Shown here: positions 52,579-64,000 of the stretch, piece after piece
Layout of the letters: the number at the start of each line of letters is the position of its first letter
How positions within the stretch are numbered: position 1 is the first letter of the stretch
From: Octopus sinensis
Lineage: Eukaryota
Direction of reading: 5' to 3'
Length of the DNA: 64,000 bases
NCBI RefSeq assembly: GCF_006345805.1
Contig: NC_043000.1
Location: forward strand, 94,302,001 to 94,366,000
Made by a program: the position numbers and the translations under genes
The notes under the pieces: model-generated
Told to the model about the DNA's origin: nothing
What the model saw: the letters and a program-made list of their open reading frames with translations, nothing else
Database searches by the model: none

Positions 52579-52899
52579 ATATATATATATATATATATAT
52601 ATGCGCGCGCACGCAAATGTGTAAACTTATGATAGCTGTTTCGGTAGAAGTTTTTTATGTATCCGTAGATTACATCATAAAACCACTTGGACCGGGTGGT
52701 GTGATGTGTTCTTGGAGCAAAACACTTCATCTTACGTTGCTCTGTGATCAGTTCGACACCCGACGTGTGGTACATCGTGCACCTGTTCAAGCAACGTTGA
52801 TCTGATGGAGGGAGTGAGCTAATGCACGGCGCATACATTGATCTCCATAAGCAAAGTCATTAATACAGGTCACTCAGCAAGTTATTGCAGAACCGTCTT

Positions 52900-53320
52900 T
52901 CTCAACTCCGAGTACCTAAAATCATCATCAGATCTACTAGTTACCTAATCTTCTCCGTCACTAACCAATTGGGAGTCTTACATTAAAAATGTTGTTAAAA
53001 GCTATGTTATTGCCTTCGGCGTTAGCAAAGCTTTCGCTTGCATCTGGTACGAGAATCTCCTTTCAAATCTTCTCACTTGTGGGCTTTGCCTATCTCTCAT
53101 TTCTTGGAACCGTGGCTGCCTCTCAGATTACACTATCGCTTCATGCATTAACGGAACTCTTTCTATCCATCATCGTATTAAATCAGACATGTACCAGGTT
53201 TCGGTTTTTCCCTCCAGTCTTTTCCATCTATACAACAATAACCTACTTGTCACGATGCTCAATTAATGCCGCTCCTACACTCATGACTACTCCACTCACA
53301 ACTTGGTCATCAAACCAACG
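52900..53320 (+). mobile_element. Non-LTR retrotransposon RT fragment (CR1/Jockey-like)
   Basis: AFGVSKAFACIWYENLL..SDMYQVSVFPSSLF..SYTHDYST, a decayed LDISKAFDRVWH / SGVPQGSVL / YADD series. Confidence 0.75.
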
Positions 53321-53363
53321 CGAAGTCTATTTTACGTATTGGCTATAAAAATGTATGAATATA

Positions 53364-53852
53364 CAGTACCGGACCAATTATCCGGCAAGCTTGGAACGGA
53401 GATGTTCCGGATTTCTGGAAATTTCGGTTTTCTAAAGACAGTCCAAATATGTACTTAAAATATAAAATAAACTATGAGAAGTGCAGAGTTGAATTATATT
53501 TAACTGATCCAAATTTATACAATTCTAAAGAAGGGTGTGTTTGATATTTATTAATCCACTTGAAATTCTTAAAATATCTCAAGATGAAAATTAAATTAAG
53601 TAAATAAAGTAAAGAGCATTATTTTATTTCACAAATACAGATACAAATTAATTCAATTCTAAAGCAGACCATGTTCAATTTATATATATACGCTTAATGC
53701 AAATTAAACAACTTCAAAAATAGGGTCTGCTTCGTCAATATAAGGAACAGTACATATATTACAAGGCAGCACATAGTATTCCTGGATTTCTGGAAATTCA
53801 TGATTTCTGGAAATTCCCGATTTCTGAAAGCCTGATAAGAGGTCTGGTACTG
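53364..53852. mobile_element. TA-flanked MITE (pogo/Tigger-like CAGTA ends)
   Basis: TA-CAGTACCGGACC..GGTCTGGTACTG-TA, with subterminal gatttctggaaat repeats. Confidence 0.8.
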
Positions 53853-53964
53853 TATTACATGTTGGATTTGTATCTATGTGTTTGAGTATAAACTTTATAC
53901 ATTTTGACAAGATCAAGTCTGATTGATTTTAGTGACTCGTTGAAGTCATATTAGTTCTGCTGTT

Positions 53965-54208
53965 GCTTAACCCAAGTTAGCCCTCACCGGACGAACCTAT
54001 TATCAGTGACATTATAATCACATTGTGCAGGCACGTAGCCGCGTGTTTCGTGTATTTCAAAGACAATTTACTGCCTGGTCTAGGAATCTAACCCAAAACC
54101 TTATGATACTCAGCAAAATACACTAAACACGCGACTACGTGCCTGCACAATATGTTTATAATGTCATTGATAATAGGTTCGTCCGGTGAGGGCTAACTTG
54201 GGTTAAGC
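53965..54208. repeat. Near-perfect hairpin, about 91-bp arms
   Basis: gcttaacccaagttagccctcaccggacgaacctattatc.. pairs with ..gataataggttcgtccggtgagggctaacttgggttaagc, about 5-6 mismatches. Confidence 0.92.
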
Positions 54209-56169
54209 GACAAGACATTTCATTGCACACTACTCCAGTCCACTCGACTAAAATTACAGCTCTCTTGTTCACAAGTTGTCAAATCCTTGATGTTTCACTT
54301 GGTGAAAGGTAAGAGGACCGATAATCACCTTTTGTCTGTTAGCGACTACATAGGCACCGAAAATATATTGGTGGATCCATAGTACATGGCGCACGCTATC
54401 AAGTCATATCAAGTCATGGTCGTAGTGCATTTCGGCCTACATTATCCAGCATACCCTTTCTTTCCGATGATAGTAGAGTGTGGTCTGAGGAAGATTTTGG
54501 CTGCTATATCTAGAGAAAGTTGAGCATTCAAAGAGTTTTCCTTTGTACGTAACTGCAACAACAGGACTACCCAGGATGCTAATTTGATGAAATTATATAG
54601 ATTAGATTTCCTATTACTCCACTTCATTTTTTTCTAGAAAGAAAAGAAGAAATTCCATTCTCTCTATCTTTCTATTTTCATTTTTAAAATACCTTTCATT
54701 CATTTATTTCGTTTATTTATTGATAATAATTCTTTAAATTTTAATATTTTCGAAAATGTTCGAGCACTTGATATTTGGAAGTGTATGAGAATGTAACAGC
54801 TGCTGGCATTTTGAAAAACACAAAAACAATTTCATGAACAGAGTCTACGACTTCATCACAACAAATTTACAAATAACGTTGCTGTTATTAAGGAAAATGG
54901 AATAATGAAACCAGGAGAATATGGTTACTTTCACACCTGTTTTGCGTAACAAAACCAAAGAAAACTTAAAAATGTGTCCAACATGAATCGTCTACGATGC
55001 AAAGTGACAATGGTTAAAGATGTTAAAATGCAACTGTATTGGTTCGTGTCTTGTCATCGACAATGCTTTGCCTCATTAGACAGCTGAACAAACTTTTCCT
55101 AAACTAAACAATAATCACAAAAATTGATTCATCAGGAATTTCAGCAATGAAATTACGTTGTTGTTATGTTTATGAGGAGGAGAAATATTTAATGTTTTCA
55201 GGAAAATCCTGGTTTATCTTTTAGATAAATCATGATGGTTTGATTTCTGATTAAGGGCTGCAGTTTTGAGGGGAGGACTTGATCGATACTGTTGATCCCA
55301 ATACTTGGTAGGGAAAAACAAACTTGACCTCAGCGCGTTTGAATCCAGAGCATAGAGAACCGGGAAAAAATATACCAGGTTTTTCGTTTTTTAACACCCT
55401 AGCAATTCTGCCAGCTCGCCGCCCTATTTATGACAAATCATAATGATTTATCATAATGGTTAATCATGAATATCTCCCACTGGGACCAGCATTTCTCTTA
55501 AAGGTGGATAGCCGGCAGAATTGTTAGCTAGTCGGACAAAATGCTTAGCGGCATTTCTTCCGGCTCTTCAAGTTGTGAGTTGATATTCAGCGGAAGTCGA
55601 TTTTACCTTTCAACGTCTTGGGGTCGATAAAATAAGTACCAGTTGAGCACTAGGGCTGATGTATGGGGGCCTGCTTGATATTGTTTGTATTATTTACGCT
55701 ATTTTGAAAGCGGTAAGCAGGCAGACTCATTCGCAGGCTGTCAAAATGCTTAGCAGTATTTCACCCGTCTTTACGTTCTGAGATTAAATCCTGCCGCAGA
55801 CAACTTTGCTTTTGATTGATAAAATAATAACCAGCAAAGTACTGGGGTCGATGTGATTGACTACCCACTTCCCTCAAAAAAACTGCTGACCCTGTTCCAA
55901 AAATTTGAAACAATTATTTACACTGTTATAAGGCAGTGAGCTGACAGTCTCATTAACACGCCAAATAAACCGCTTAGCGGCATTTCGTCCATCTTTCCTT
56001 ATCTGGGTTCAAATCCAGCAGTGGTTGACTCTGCCTTGCATCTATCCAGGGTCGATAAAAATAAATACAAGTTGCAGGCCTTGTATCTATGGCAGAAAGG
56101 ATTGCCGACACTTAATTTTACTGATTTTTGTCCCGTTATTTTATCATTTTGGTTTTTACGAGGAGATAC

Positions 56170-56361
56170 TCTTTACTTTTTCACTTGCTTCAGTCATTTG
56201 ACTGTAGCCATGCTGGAGTACCGCCTTTAGACGAGCAAATCGACCCCAGGACTTATTCTTTGTAAGCCTAGTACTTATTCTATCGGTCTCTTTTGCCGAA
56301 CCGATAAGTTACGGGGACGTAAACACACCAGCATCGGTTGGGGGGACACACAGACACACAA

Positions 56362-56392
<31 letters not shown>

Positions 56393-56565
56393 CATATATA
56401 CGACGGGCTTCTTTCAGTTTCCGTCTACCAAATCCATTCACAAGGCTTTGGTCGGCCAGAGGCTATAGTAGAAGATACTTGCCCAAGGTGCCACGCAGTG
56501 GGACTGAACCCTGAACCATGGGTTGGTAAGCAAGCTACTTACTACACAGCCACTCCTGCGCCTAT
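56170..56565 (-). mobile_element. SINE family B, full length
   Basis: Reverse complement of head, core and tail. Confidence 0.9.
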
Positions 56566-56773
56566 GCCGAAAAGTTCCTGACTAGGAGTAAAAGAAAATA
56601 CTGGAAGATCAGTTAATTAAGGTTTTTATTCAACATATTCCTCTCTCAGACTCACACACTTACTGCAGCGGTCCTTCAATTTTCTAATCCCTGCAAAAGA
56701 ACTCGGAAGGTTTGGCCTCGAATCAGGCCTTTTGCGCTACTCTTAAAATCAGGAACGTTTCAGTATCCCCTTG
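56566..56773 (-). mobile_element. Mariner MITE, same family as 48164-48375
   Basis: gaaaagttcctg..aggaacgtttcagtatccccttg-TA. The left TIR abuts the SINE. Confidence 0.7.
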
Positions 56774-57821
56774 TATATTTTAGCCTAATAGGAGAGAGGA
56801 AGCGGGTATTCCCAAATCGAAAAACTAAGCTGTATCCTGGCAACGGAATAAATTTGAACTCAGAACATACCACAGGGCATCCGGTCAGATGTTCCTACTT
56901 TTCCACTAATTCACCGTTTTGGATTGATGCTATTTTATAGATCCTCGAATGTATTAAAAGCAAAGATGACCTCGCCGGGAAGTGAACTCAGAAACTAACG
57001 AGTCAGAACAAACACGTCCAAGTGTTCTGCCTGACGCTGTAACTCCTCTGCCACTTCGCTGCTGATGCATTGGTTCTTTTTGTTGTTGTTGTTGTTTTTT
57101 TGTTTTTTTTTTGGTATTTGTCTTTACTTTTCTTCTGCCAATGAAGAAACAAGACAACCATCACCGTCTTAAGAAATATTTCCCACCACTATCAGCATTG
57201 TAAACGGCTGTTTAGCGGCTATACTGAAGAAACAATGTTACTAACACTAACGCAGAACAAATAATATATAATAAATAATAAATAATAAATAATGAATAAA
57301 AATATTGTTGCTTAAATGAAAAATGATGTGTAACAGTTCTCTTTCGATTTCTAAGCATTAAAAGAAAACTCAATGAATTTAAATTATGTTGGAAAAAATA
57401 CAAAATAAACAAAACAATGAAGAAATCCCACAGAACAAATCCAACATCAAAAATACGTCAAAGAATTTTAGATTAAATAACAATAAGAGGAAAAATTCAT
57501 TCTATTTTGACACAAGGCCAAAATTTTGAGGGGAGGGGGTAAGTCGATTACATGCACCTCAGTGTTCAAGTGGTACTTAGTTTATCAATCTCGAAGGGAT
57601 GAAGGGTAAGTCGATCTCGGTGGAATTTGAACCCACAATGCAAAAGTGGATGAAGTGTGGCTAAGCATTTTTTAAAGATCGCCATTCATTGCTCCGGGGT
57701 CGATGAAATAAAGTACCAGTCTGGTACTGGGGTTGATGGTATTGAATTACCTCTTTCTTAAAAATTAATAACTTTATACCTAAATTATTAACCATTATTA
57801 TAGAGAAGAAAAAGGCGGCGA

Positions 57822-58560
57822 GTTGGCAGAAACGTTAGCACACCGGGCGAAATGCTTAGCAGTATTTCATTTGTCTCTACGTTCTGAGTTCAAATTCCAC
57901 CGAGGTCGACTTTGCCTTTCATCCTTTCGGAGTCGATTACATAAGTGTCAATTACGCACTGGGGTCGATATAATCGACTGAATCCGTTTGTCTGTCCTTG
58001 TTTGTCCCCTCTGTGTTTAGCCCCTTGTGGGTAGTAAAGAAATAGAAATAGGTATTTCGTCTGCTGCTACGTTCTGACTTCAAATTCCGCCGAAGTCGAC
58101 TTTGCCTTTCATCCTTTCGTGGTCGATAAATTAAGTACCAGTTACGCACTGGGGTCGATGTAATTGACTTAATACATTTGTCTGTCCTTGTTTGTCCTCT
58201 CTATGTTTAGCCCCTTTTAGGTAATAAAGAAATAGGTATGTATTTCGTCCGTCGCTACATTCTGAGTTCAAATTCCTCCGAGGTTGACTTTGCCTTTAAT
58301 CCTATCGGGATCGATAAATTAAGTACCACTGACACCCTGGGGGGTCGATGTAATCGACTTAACCCCTTCCCCCAAATTTGAGGCCTTGTGCTTCCAATAG
58401 AAAGGATTATTATAGACAAGAAATATTTCTTTTGACCCTTTAAGTTCTGAGTTCAAATCACGCCGAGGTCCACTTCACATTTCATCCTCCAGGGAGTGAT
58501 AAAATAAAGTACCAGTCAAATACTGGGATCAATGTAATCGACTAACTCTCCACTATAAAT
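57822..58560 (+). mobile_element. Tandem chain of family A-core SINEs
   Basis: One full copy followed by 5'-truncated copies, each starting after an aaagaaatag tail. Confidence 0.85.
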
Positions 58561-58604
58561 TCAGATCCTACAGCGATACCTATATATTACATATGTGAAG
58601 ATGC

Positions 58605-58890
58605 ACAGCTCAGTGGTTAGCGCGTCGGGTTTACAATCGGGAGGTTGCGACTTCGATTCTCGAACCGTGCTGTGTGTTGTGTTCTTGAACAAATACTTTC
58701 TTTTCACGTTGCTCCAGTTCACTCAGCTGTAGAAATGAGATGCAATGTCACTAGTCTAAGCTGCATTGGCCTTTTCCTTGGACAACATTGGTGGCGTAGA
58801 GAGAGGACACTAGGTATGCATGGGCGACTGCTAGTCTTTGCCTTCGTGGGAAATTTATAGGTACAATCCCAAATTCCTTCGTGACCGAAG
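58605..58890 (+). mobile_element. tRNA-derived SINE, further family
   Basis: agctcagtggttagcgcgtcgg..cttcgattctc head, gttgctccagttcactcagctgtagaaatgag core. Confidence 0.7.
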
Positions 58891-58900
58891 GGCGTCTTTA

Positions 58901-59340
58901 GGATCTTTTCGGTTTGAACGGCAGTTTTTTAAGATAATTTCCACGTAACTAAACACTTTTAAACTTCGTATACTGGAAGAATGTGTTTATAAAACATCTT
59001 TTTCTCTTGGCTTTATTGAGAAAATTCTATAGTTTGTAAGATATTTTTTGTTGTTTTCTTCAATTTCTGCAATTTCAACCAATCAATGTCGTCTATTGAG
59101 GTAAAAAAACATTGTGCCGTATGAATATGTCCCTCGTTTAAGAAACAGATTGGATTTATTTACATTTGTGAAGAAAGAAAGATATCCTTCCTCCCACCCC
59201 TAACCCTAAGTAACTCTAAGTAACCCTAACTAACCCTAAAACAGATTGAAATGCAATAGATCGATACTAGGGTCATAATTATGGATGACAATTTCATATG
59301 ACACTGCTAGAAAAAACTGCCGTTCAAACCGAAAAGATCC
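58901..59340. mobile_element. 440-bp MITE with perfect 30-bp TIRs and 8-bp TSD
   Basis: TIR GGATCTTTTCGGTTTGAACGGCAGTTTTTT. TSD cgtcttta at 58893-58900 and 59341-59348. Confidence 0.93.
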
Positions 59341-60129
59341 CGTCTTTACTCTTTTAAACCTATTTGAAAAACAATTATCATTCTCGATCTATTGGTCGAA
59401 ACTATTATAAGTATAACACTCAGACAAATAATAAAAGTGATATGTTTATTTACATCAAACTTCATAACTACATTTAGAGGGCAGAATGAAGTTTTCTTCT
59501 GTTTTATATTCATTAGAATCAATTCATATTAATCTTTGTTGATATCATTCAGTATATATTCATAGAATCACTAATTGGCAAGTACGAAAGAACGAAGAAT
59601 TATGCATTTTGTAATATCGAATTTCTTTTTCCCACGTTATGGGTTCAAATAACACCTGAAAAAAGTCCTTAAATTAACTATTTGTAAACATACACAGATC
59701 AGTTCAAGGAACCATACACTTATTTTCAGTATATAATTTGGCGCTCTGCCTTGTCGGGAAAAAAAAAATGGTCTATATAAATATGCAGAAACTAGAAAGA
59801 AAGAAAACAACAGGATGGAAGTGGGTGTTAAAAGCACATATTCTTGAAATGAACTGAAACAAAATGTGTGGTAAGCCAACGGAATCAACTGAAAACAAAA
59901 CCAATATTTTTGGTTGGTGGCGTTTATGAAAGTGACGGTGGTGATGGGGTTTTCCTTCTTATTTATTCCTTTTTTTTTTGAGGGAGAGGAAGTATATGGT
60001 TCCTTGAACTGATCTCAGTGTGTTACTGATAGTTAATTTAAGGACTTCTATCTGCTATTATTTGAACTCAAAACGTGGGAGAAAGGAATTTGAGAAAGGA
60101 ATTTGATAGTGTGAAATGCGTAATCTAGC

Positions 60130-61284
60130 AATTTGGGTTGATGATGATGATGATGATGGCGGCTGTACTTGTGTTGGTAGTGATGTTGGTGTGGTGTTAG
60201 ATACGGTGACGGTGGCAGTTTGTTATACTTGATGGTAGAAGTTATTGGTTGTAATAATGACAATGATGACGATGATGGTGATAATGATGTTGGTGGTGGT
60301 GGTGATGGTGGTCGTCGTCGTCGTGTAGAATATGAGGATGATAATAATGATGATGATGATGATGATGAGGATGAGGATGGTGACGATTTGGCTAGATATT
60401 GCTTGATGCTGGTGTTAATGTTTGGTGTTGATGGTCCCGTCGATAGTGGCGCATGTGAAACGAGGAGTTTTTTAACGATTGCGTTGGTGATGGTGTTGCT
60501 AGTGGTTACGTAACAATGAATCACCATGTGCATGATGTTGCTGATTGTCTTGGGGGCAATGGAACTAATAACAGTCGTGATGCTGGTTTTCATGGTGGCG
60601 GTAGTGATGATGTGGTAGCGCATGGAAGTGGTGGGGGATGATAATGGCAGTGTTACAGTGGAGGTGATGAGGGCGATGTAAAACAGGATCGTGATGATGG
60701 TGACTGTCACGATGATGATGGTGATGATGATAACAGCGATGATGGTAGTGATGATGATGATGACGTTGAGGATCAAGGTAACGATGATGATAGTGATGAT
60801 CATGATGATGACGACGACGACGACGACGAATGTGACGATGGCGACAGTGCCAGTGATTATGATGACGACGGCAACAACGACGACAATGATAATGATGATG
60901 ATGATGCTGACGACGACGATGGGGATGATGATGATGACGATGACGATGATGATGATGGTGATGATGATGATGATGATAATGATGATGATGATGATGATGA
61001 TGATGACGATGACGATAATGATGACGACGACTGTGTTGACGACGGTGATGACGATAACAATGATAGAGGTGATGTGGTGGTGGTGGTAGTGTTGTTGTTG
61101 TTGTTGTTGTTGTTGCTGTTGGTGGTGGTGGTGGTAGTTGTAGTGGCGGCGACGGTGGTGATGGTGATAATGGAGATGATGATAATGATGAAGATGCGGT
61201 TGCCGACTATCCTCTTGCTACTGCTGCTACTGCTGCTGCTGCTGCTGCTGATGATGATGATGATAATGATGATGATGATGATGT

Positions 61285-61349
<65 letters not shown>

Positions 61350-61420
61350 GTGATAATAATAATTTTAGAAAGGAAGTTGTTGGCATTCATGGTGCAAATA
61401 ATGGAGGTGGATGGGGTTGG
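60130..61420. repeat. GAT/GGT low-complexity tract
   Basis: Direct inspection. Confidence 0.9.
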
Positions 61421-61713
61421 GGGGGATAATAATGACAAAATTAACGCTGTTCTCATCTGTTATGTTTATATAATATCATATGAAAAATATAAAGAAGACG
61501 AAAACTGGCAAGGATAGGCGGGAAAGTTATGTAAACAAAACGTTTTGGAACAGATTATGAAAGGTTTTGTATGAGGTAGGCGCAGAAATTTGAGCCAGTC
61601 CATTATATAACTCAGGAGGTGTTAACAGAGGAGAAATACAAGAAGAAAATTACTGAAGTGTATCAGTGGGTTTGTGAAAATATTAATATTACCTGTATGC
61701 AGACAAAATAAAT

Positions 61714-62207
61714 AAATAAATAAATAAATATAAATAGATATAATTATAAGTATAGGTCGTTGATATTAGCTATGGGCACAATCGTGGCTGTGTGGTTAAG
61801 ACGGTTTGCTTTGCTGCAACATGGTTTCGGGTTCAGTCACGGTGCGCAGCAACTTGAGGAAGTGTCTTCTTCTGTTACGAATCCAGGTCGAAGAATGCCT
61901 TATGTATAGATATGGTAGACGGAAACTCCCTGCCAAAATGTCGAGCATATATTTACACAGATATATAAATAAATAAATATAAATAGATATAATTATAAGT
62001 ATAGGTCGTTGATATTAGCTATGGGCACAATCGTGGCTGTGTGATTAAGACGGTTCGCTTTGCTGCCACATGGTTTCGGGTTCAGTCACGGTGCGCAGCA
62101 ACTTGAGGAAGTGTCTTCTTCTGTTACGAATCCAGGTCGAAGAATACCTTATGTGTAGATCTGGTAGACGGAAACTCCCTGCCAAAATGTCGAGCATATA
62201 TTTACAC
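61714..62207 (+). repeat. Tandem duplication (period about 249 bp) containing a family B SINE head
   Basis: taaatagatataattataagtataggtcg occurs at 61731 and 61980. Confidence 0.9.
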
Positions 62208-62320
62208 ACACATATATATATGTATATATATATATTTGAGGTACTTAATTGTGCTCATGGCTTGGTGCTCGCTTCTTCCATGGGTATGAGTAAGTATTTC
62301 ACTTATTTCTTTTAGCGCAT

Positions 62321-62380
62321 TTATCACTGATGAAGGTAAGGTTCTTATGAACTAAGTCTGAAATCGGTCCGATATGGTAA
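62321..62380 (+). ncRNA. Type I hammerhead ribozyme, intact core
   Basis: TTATCA-CTGATGA-AGGTAAGGTTC-TTAT-GAACTAAGTCT-GAAA-TCGG-T-CCGA-TA-TGGTAA. Confidence 0.88.
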
Positions 62381-62515
62381 TAACGGGATTTTTTAGAAAT
62401 TTCTATCGGCTTTCTTCGAAATGCGTGCCTGTTAGTGATAAATTACATGGTTATTGACGTTGTCTATTTTCGACATATTTTGGCTTGAAATTTTCTGTTT
62501 TGCCCTTACTTATAA

Positions 62516-62560
<45 letters not shown>

Positions 62561-62628
62561 TGTGTGTATTGTGTGTGTGTGTGTGTGTGTTGTGTGTGTG
62601 TGTGTGTGTGTTTGTGTGTGTGTGTATG

Positions 62629-62660
<32 letters not shown>

Positions 62661-62848
62661 ATATGGGAGGCATATACAAATTAATGAAGTTGAAAGTGCA
62701 CAGAGCGTGTTTTTAAAAAGATTTATTATTCATATTAACATTACTCAATCGGATTTTCAAAAGTAGAAGCTTTGAGAGAAGTGGATCTGTACCACAAACT
62801 CTCTCTCTCCTCTCTCTCTCTCTCTCCTCCTCTCTCTCTCTTCTCTCT

Positions 62849-62914
<66 letters not shown>

Positions 62915-62994
62915 CCTTGTGTTTAAAATTAATGCCTCCACCTCCGCTTCACTTATTTGATAAAAGAGAGAGTGAAAATAAGTACCAGTCTTGA

Positions 62995-63026
<32 letters not shown>

Positions 63027-63410
63027 ATATATATATATAGATATATATATATAACACTAGGTTCGATTAAACCCTTCGACTAAACTCAGGGCGGTTCTCC
63101 ATAAGGCTTTAGTCCAATGATTGAAACAAGTAAAGATTAACGATAAACATAAACTGAAATAATAGTATAATTTAAAAAATGAAAATCTACTTCCTATCCT
63201 GTAATGGAACGCATGTAACATGGAATTTGAAATATACCAAATTTCTCCAGTCTTTTATTTTGATTTCGATATATAATTACACTGAAAATAGAAATTCAGC
63301 AGAAAATTTCAAATGCTACGTATGCTTAATTCATATAAGACATCTACATACATGTATACACACACACACACACACACACACGCACACCCACACACACACA
63401 TATTATATAT

Positions 63411-63474
<64 letters not shown>

Positions 63475-63503
63475 GAGAGAGAGAGAGAATGGAGAGAGAG
63501 AGA

Positions 63504-63790
63504 GGCATATGACCATGGCCTAGTGGTTAGAGCAGTGGACTCGCGGTCGAGGGATCGCGGTTTCGAATCTCAGACCGGGCGATGTGTGTGTTTATGAGCG
63601 AAACATCTAAGCTCCTCGCGGCTCCGGCAGAAGGTAATGGTGAACTTCTGCTGACTCTTTCGCCACAATTTCTCTCACTCTTTCCTCCTGCATCTTGCAG
63701 CTCACTTGCGACGGACCGGCGTCCCGTCTAGGTGGAGAAGCTATATGCCAAGGAACCGGGACACCGAGCTTTATGAGCCAGGCATGGCTC
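63504..63790 (+). mobile_element. SINE family D
   Basis: atggcctagtggttagagcagtggactcgcgg..ggtttcgaatctc head. The body matches 40199-40580. Confidence 0.8.
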
Positions 63791-63801
63791 GAGAAAGAAC
63801 G

Positions 63802-63832
<31 letters not shown>

Positions 63833-63848
63833 ATATATAATATATATA

Positions 63849-64000
63849 TAGGCGCAGGAGTGGCTGTGGGTAAGTAGCTTGCTAACCAACCACATGGTTC
63901 CGGGTTCAGTCCCACTGCGTGGCATCTTCGGCAAGTGTCTTCTGCTATAGCCCCGGGCTGACCAAAGCCTTGTGAGTGGATTTGGTAAACGGAAACTGAA
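63849..64000 (+). mobile_element. SINE family B, runs off the window
   Basis: taggcgcaggagtggctgtggg head. Confidence 0.9.

Noticed and set aside
52895-52932. CTGATGA..GAAA on minus
   Set aside because: Position 17 would be G and the helices do not form.
60048-60803. 251-aa minus ORF that looks protein-like
   Set aside because: It is embedded in a GAT/GGT tract with overlapping ORFs on the other strand. No recognisable domain.

Overview
Repeat-saturated eukaryotic DNA, most likely intronic or intergenic sequence from an octopus or other coleoid cephalopod. The organism is inferred from the SINE families and the extreme (TA)n, (TAGA)n, (TG)n and trinucleotide content. I recognise no host protein-coding exon; almost all listed ORFs are microsatellite translations. 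Identifiable coding remnants are all mobile elements: three Penelope-like element (PLE) fragments, a Tigger/pogo, several Tc1/mariner/maT fragments and MITEs, a Helitron helicase end and a LINE RT fragment, plus dozens of tRNA-derived SINEs. The main signal is invisible in the ORF track: at least seven type I hammerhead ribozyme (HHR) motifs with an intact core (CUGANGA, GAAA, UH and three helices), from six unrelated sequence families. Each has a palindromic helix III, as in dimer-cleaving PLE hammerheads, and about ten further decayed or half copies are present. Several sit in unusual architectures: a 492-bp unit repeated in tandem and inverted (31121-32242), a TIR-bounded cassette present in both orientations (11560-12973) and a foldback element (37072-37558). 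All folds were paired by hand and none has been tested computationally or experimentally.
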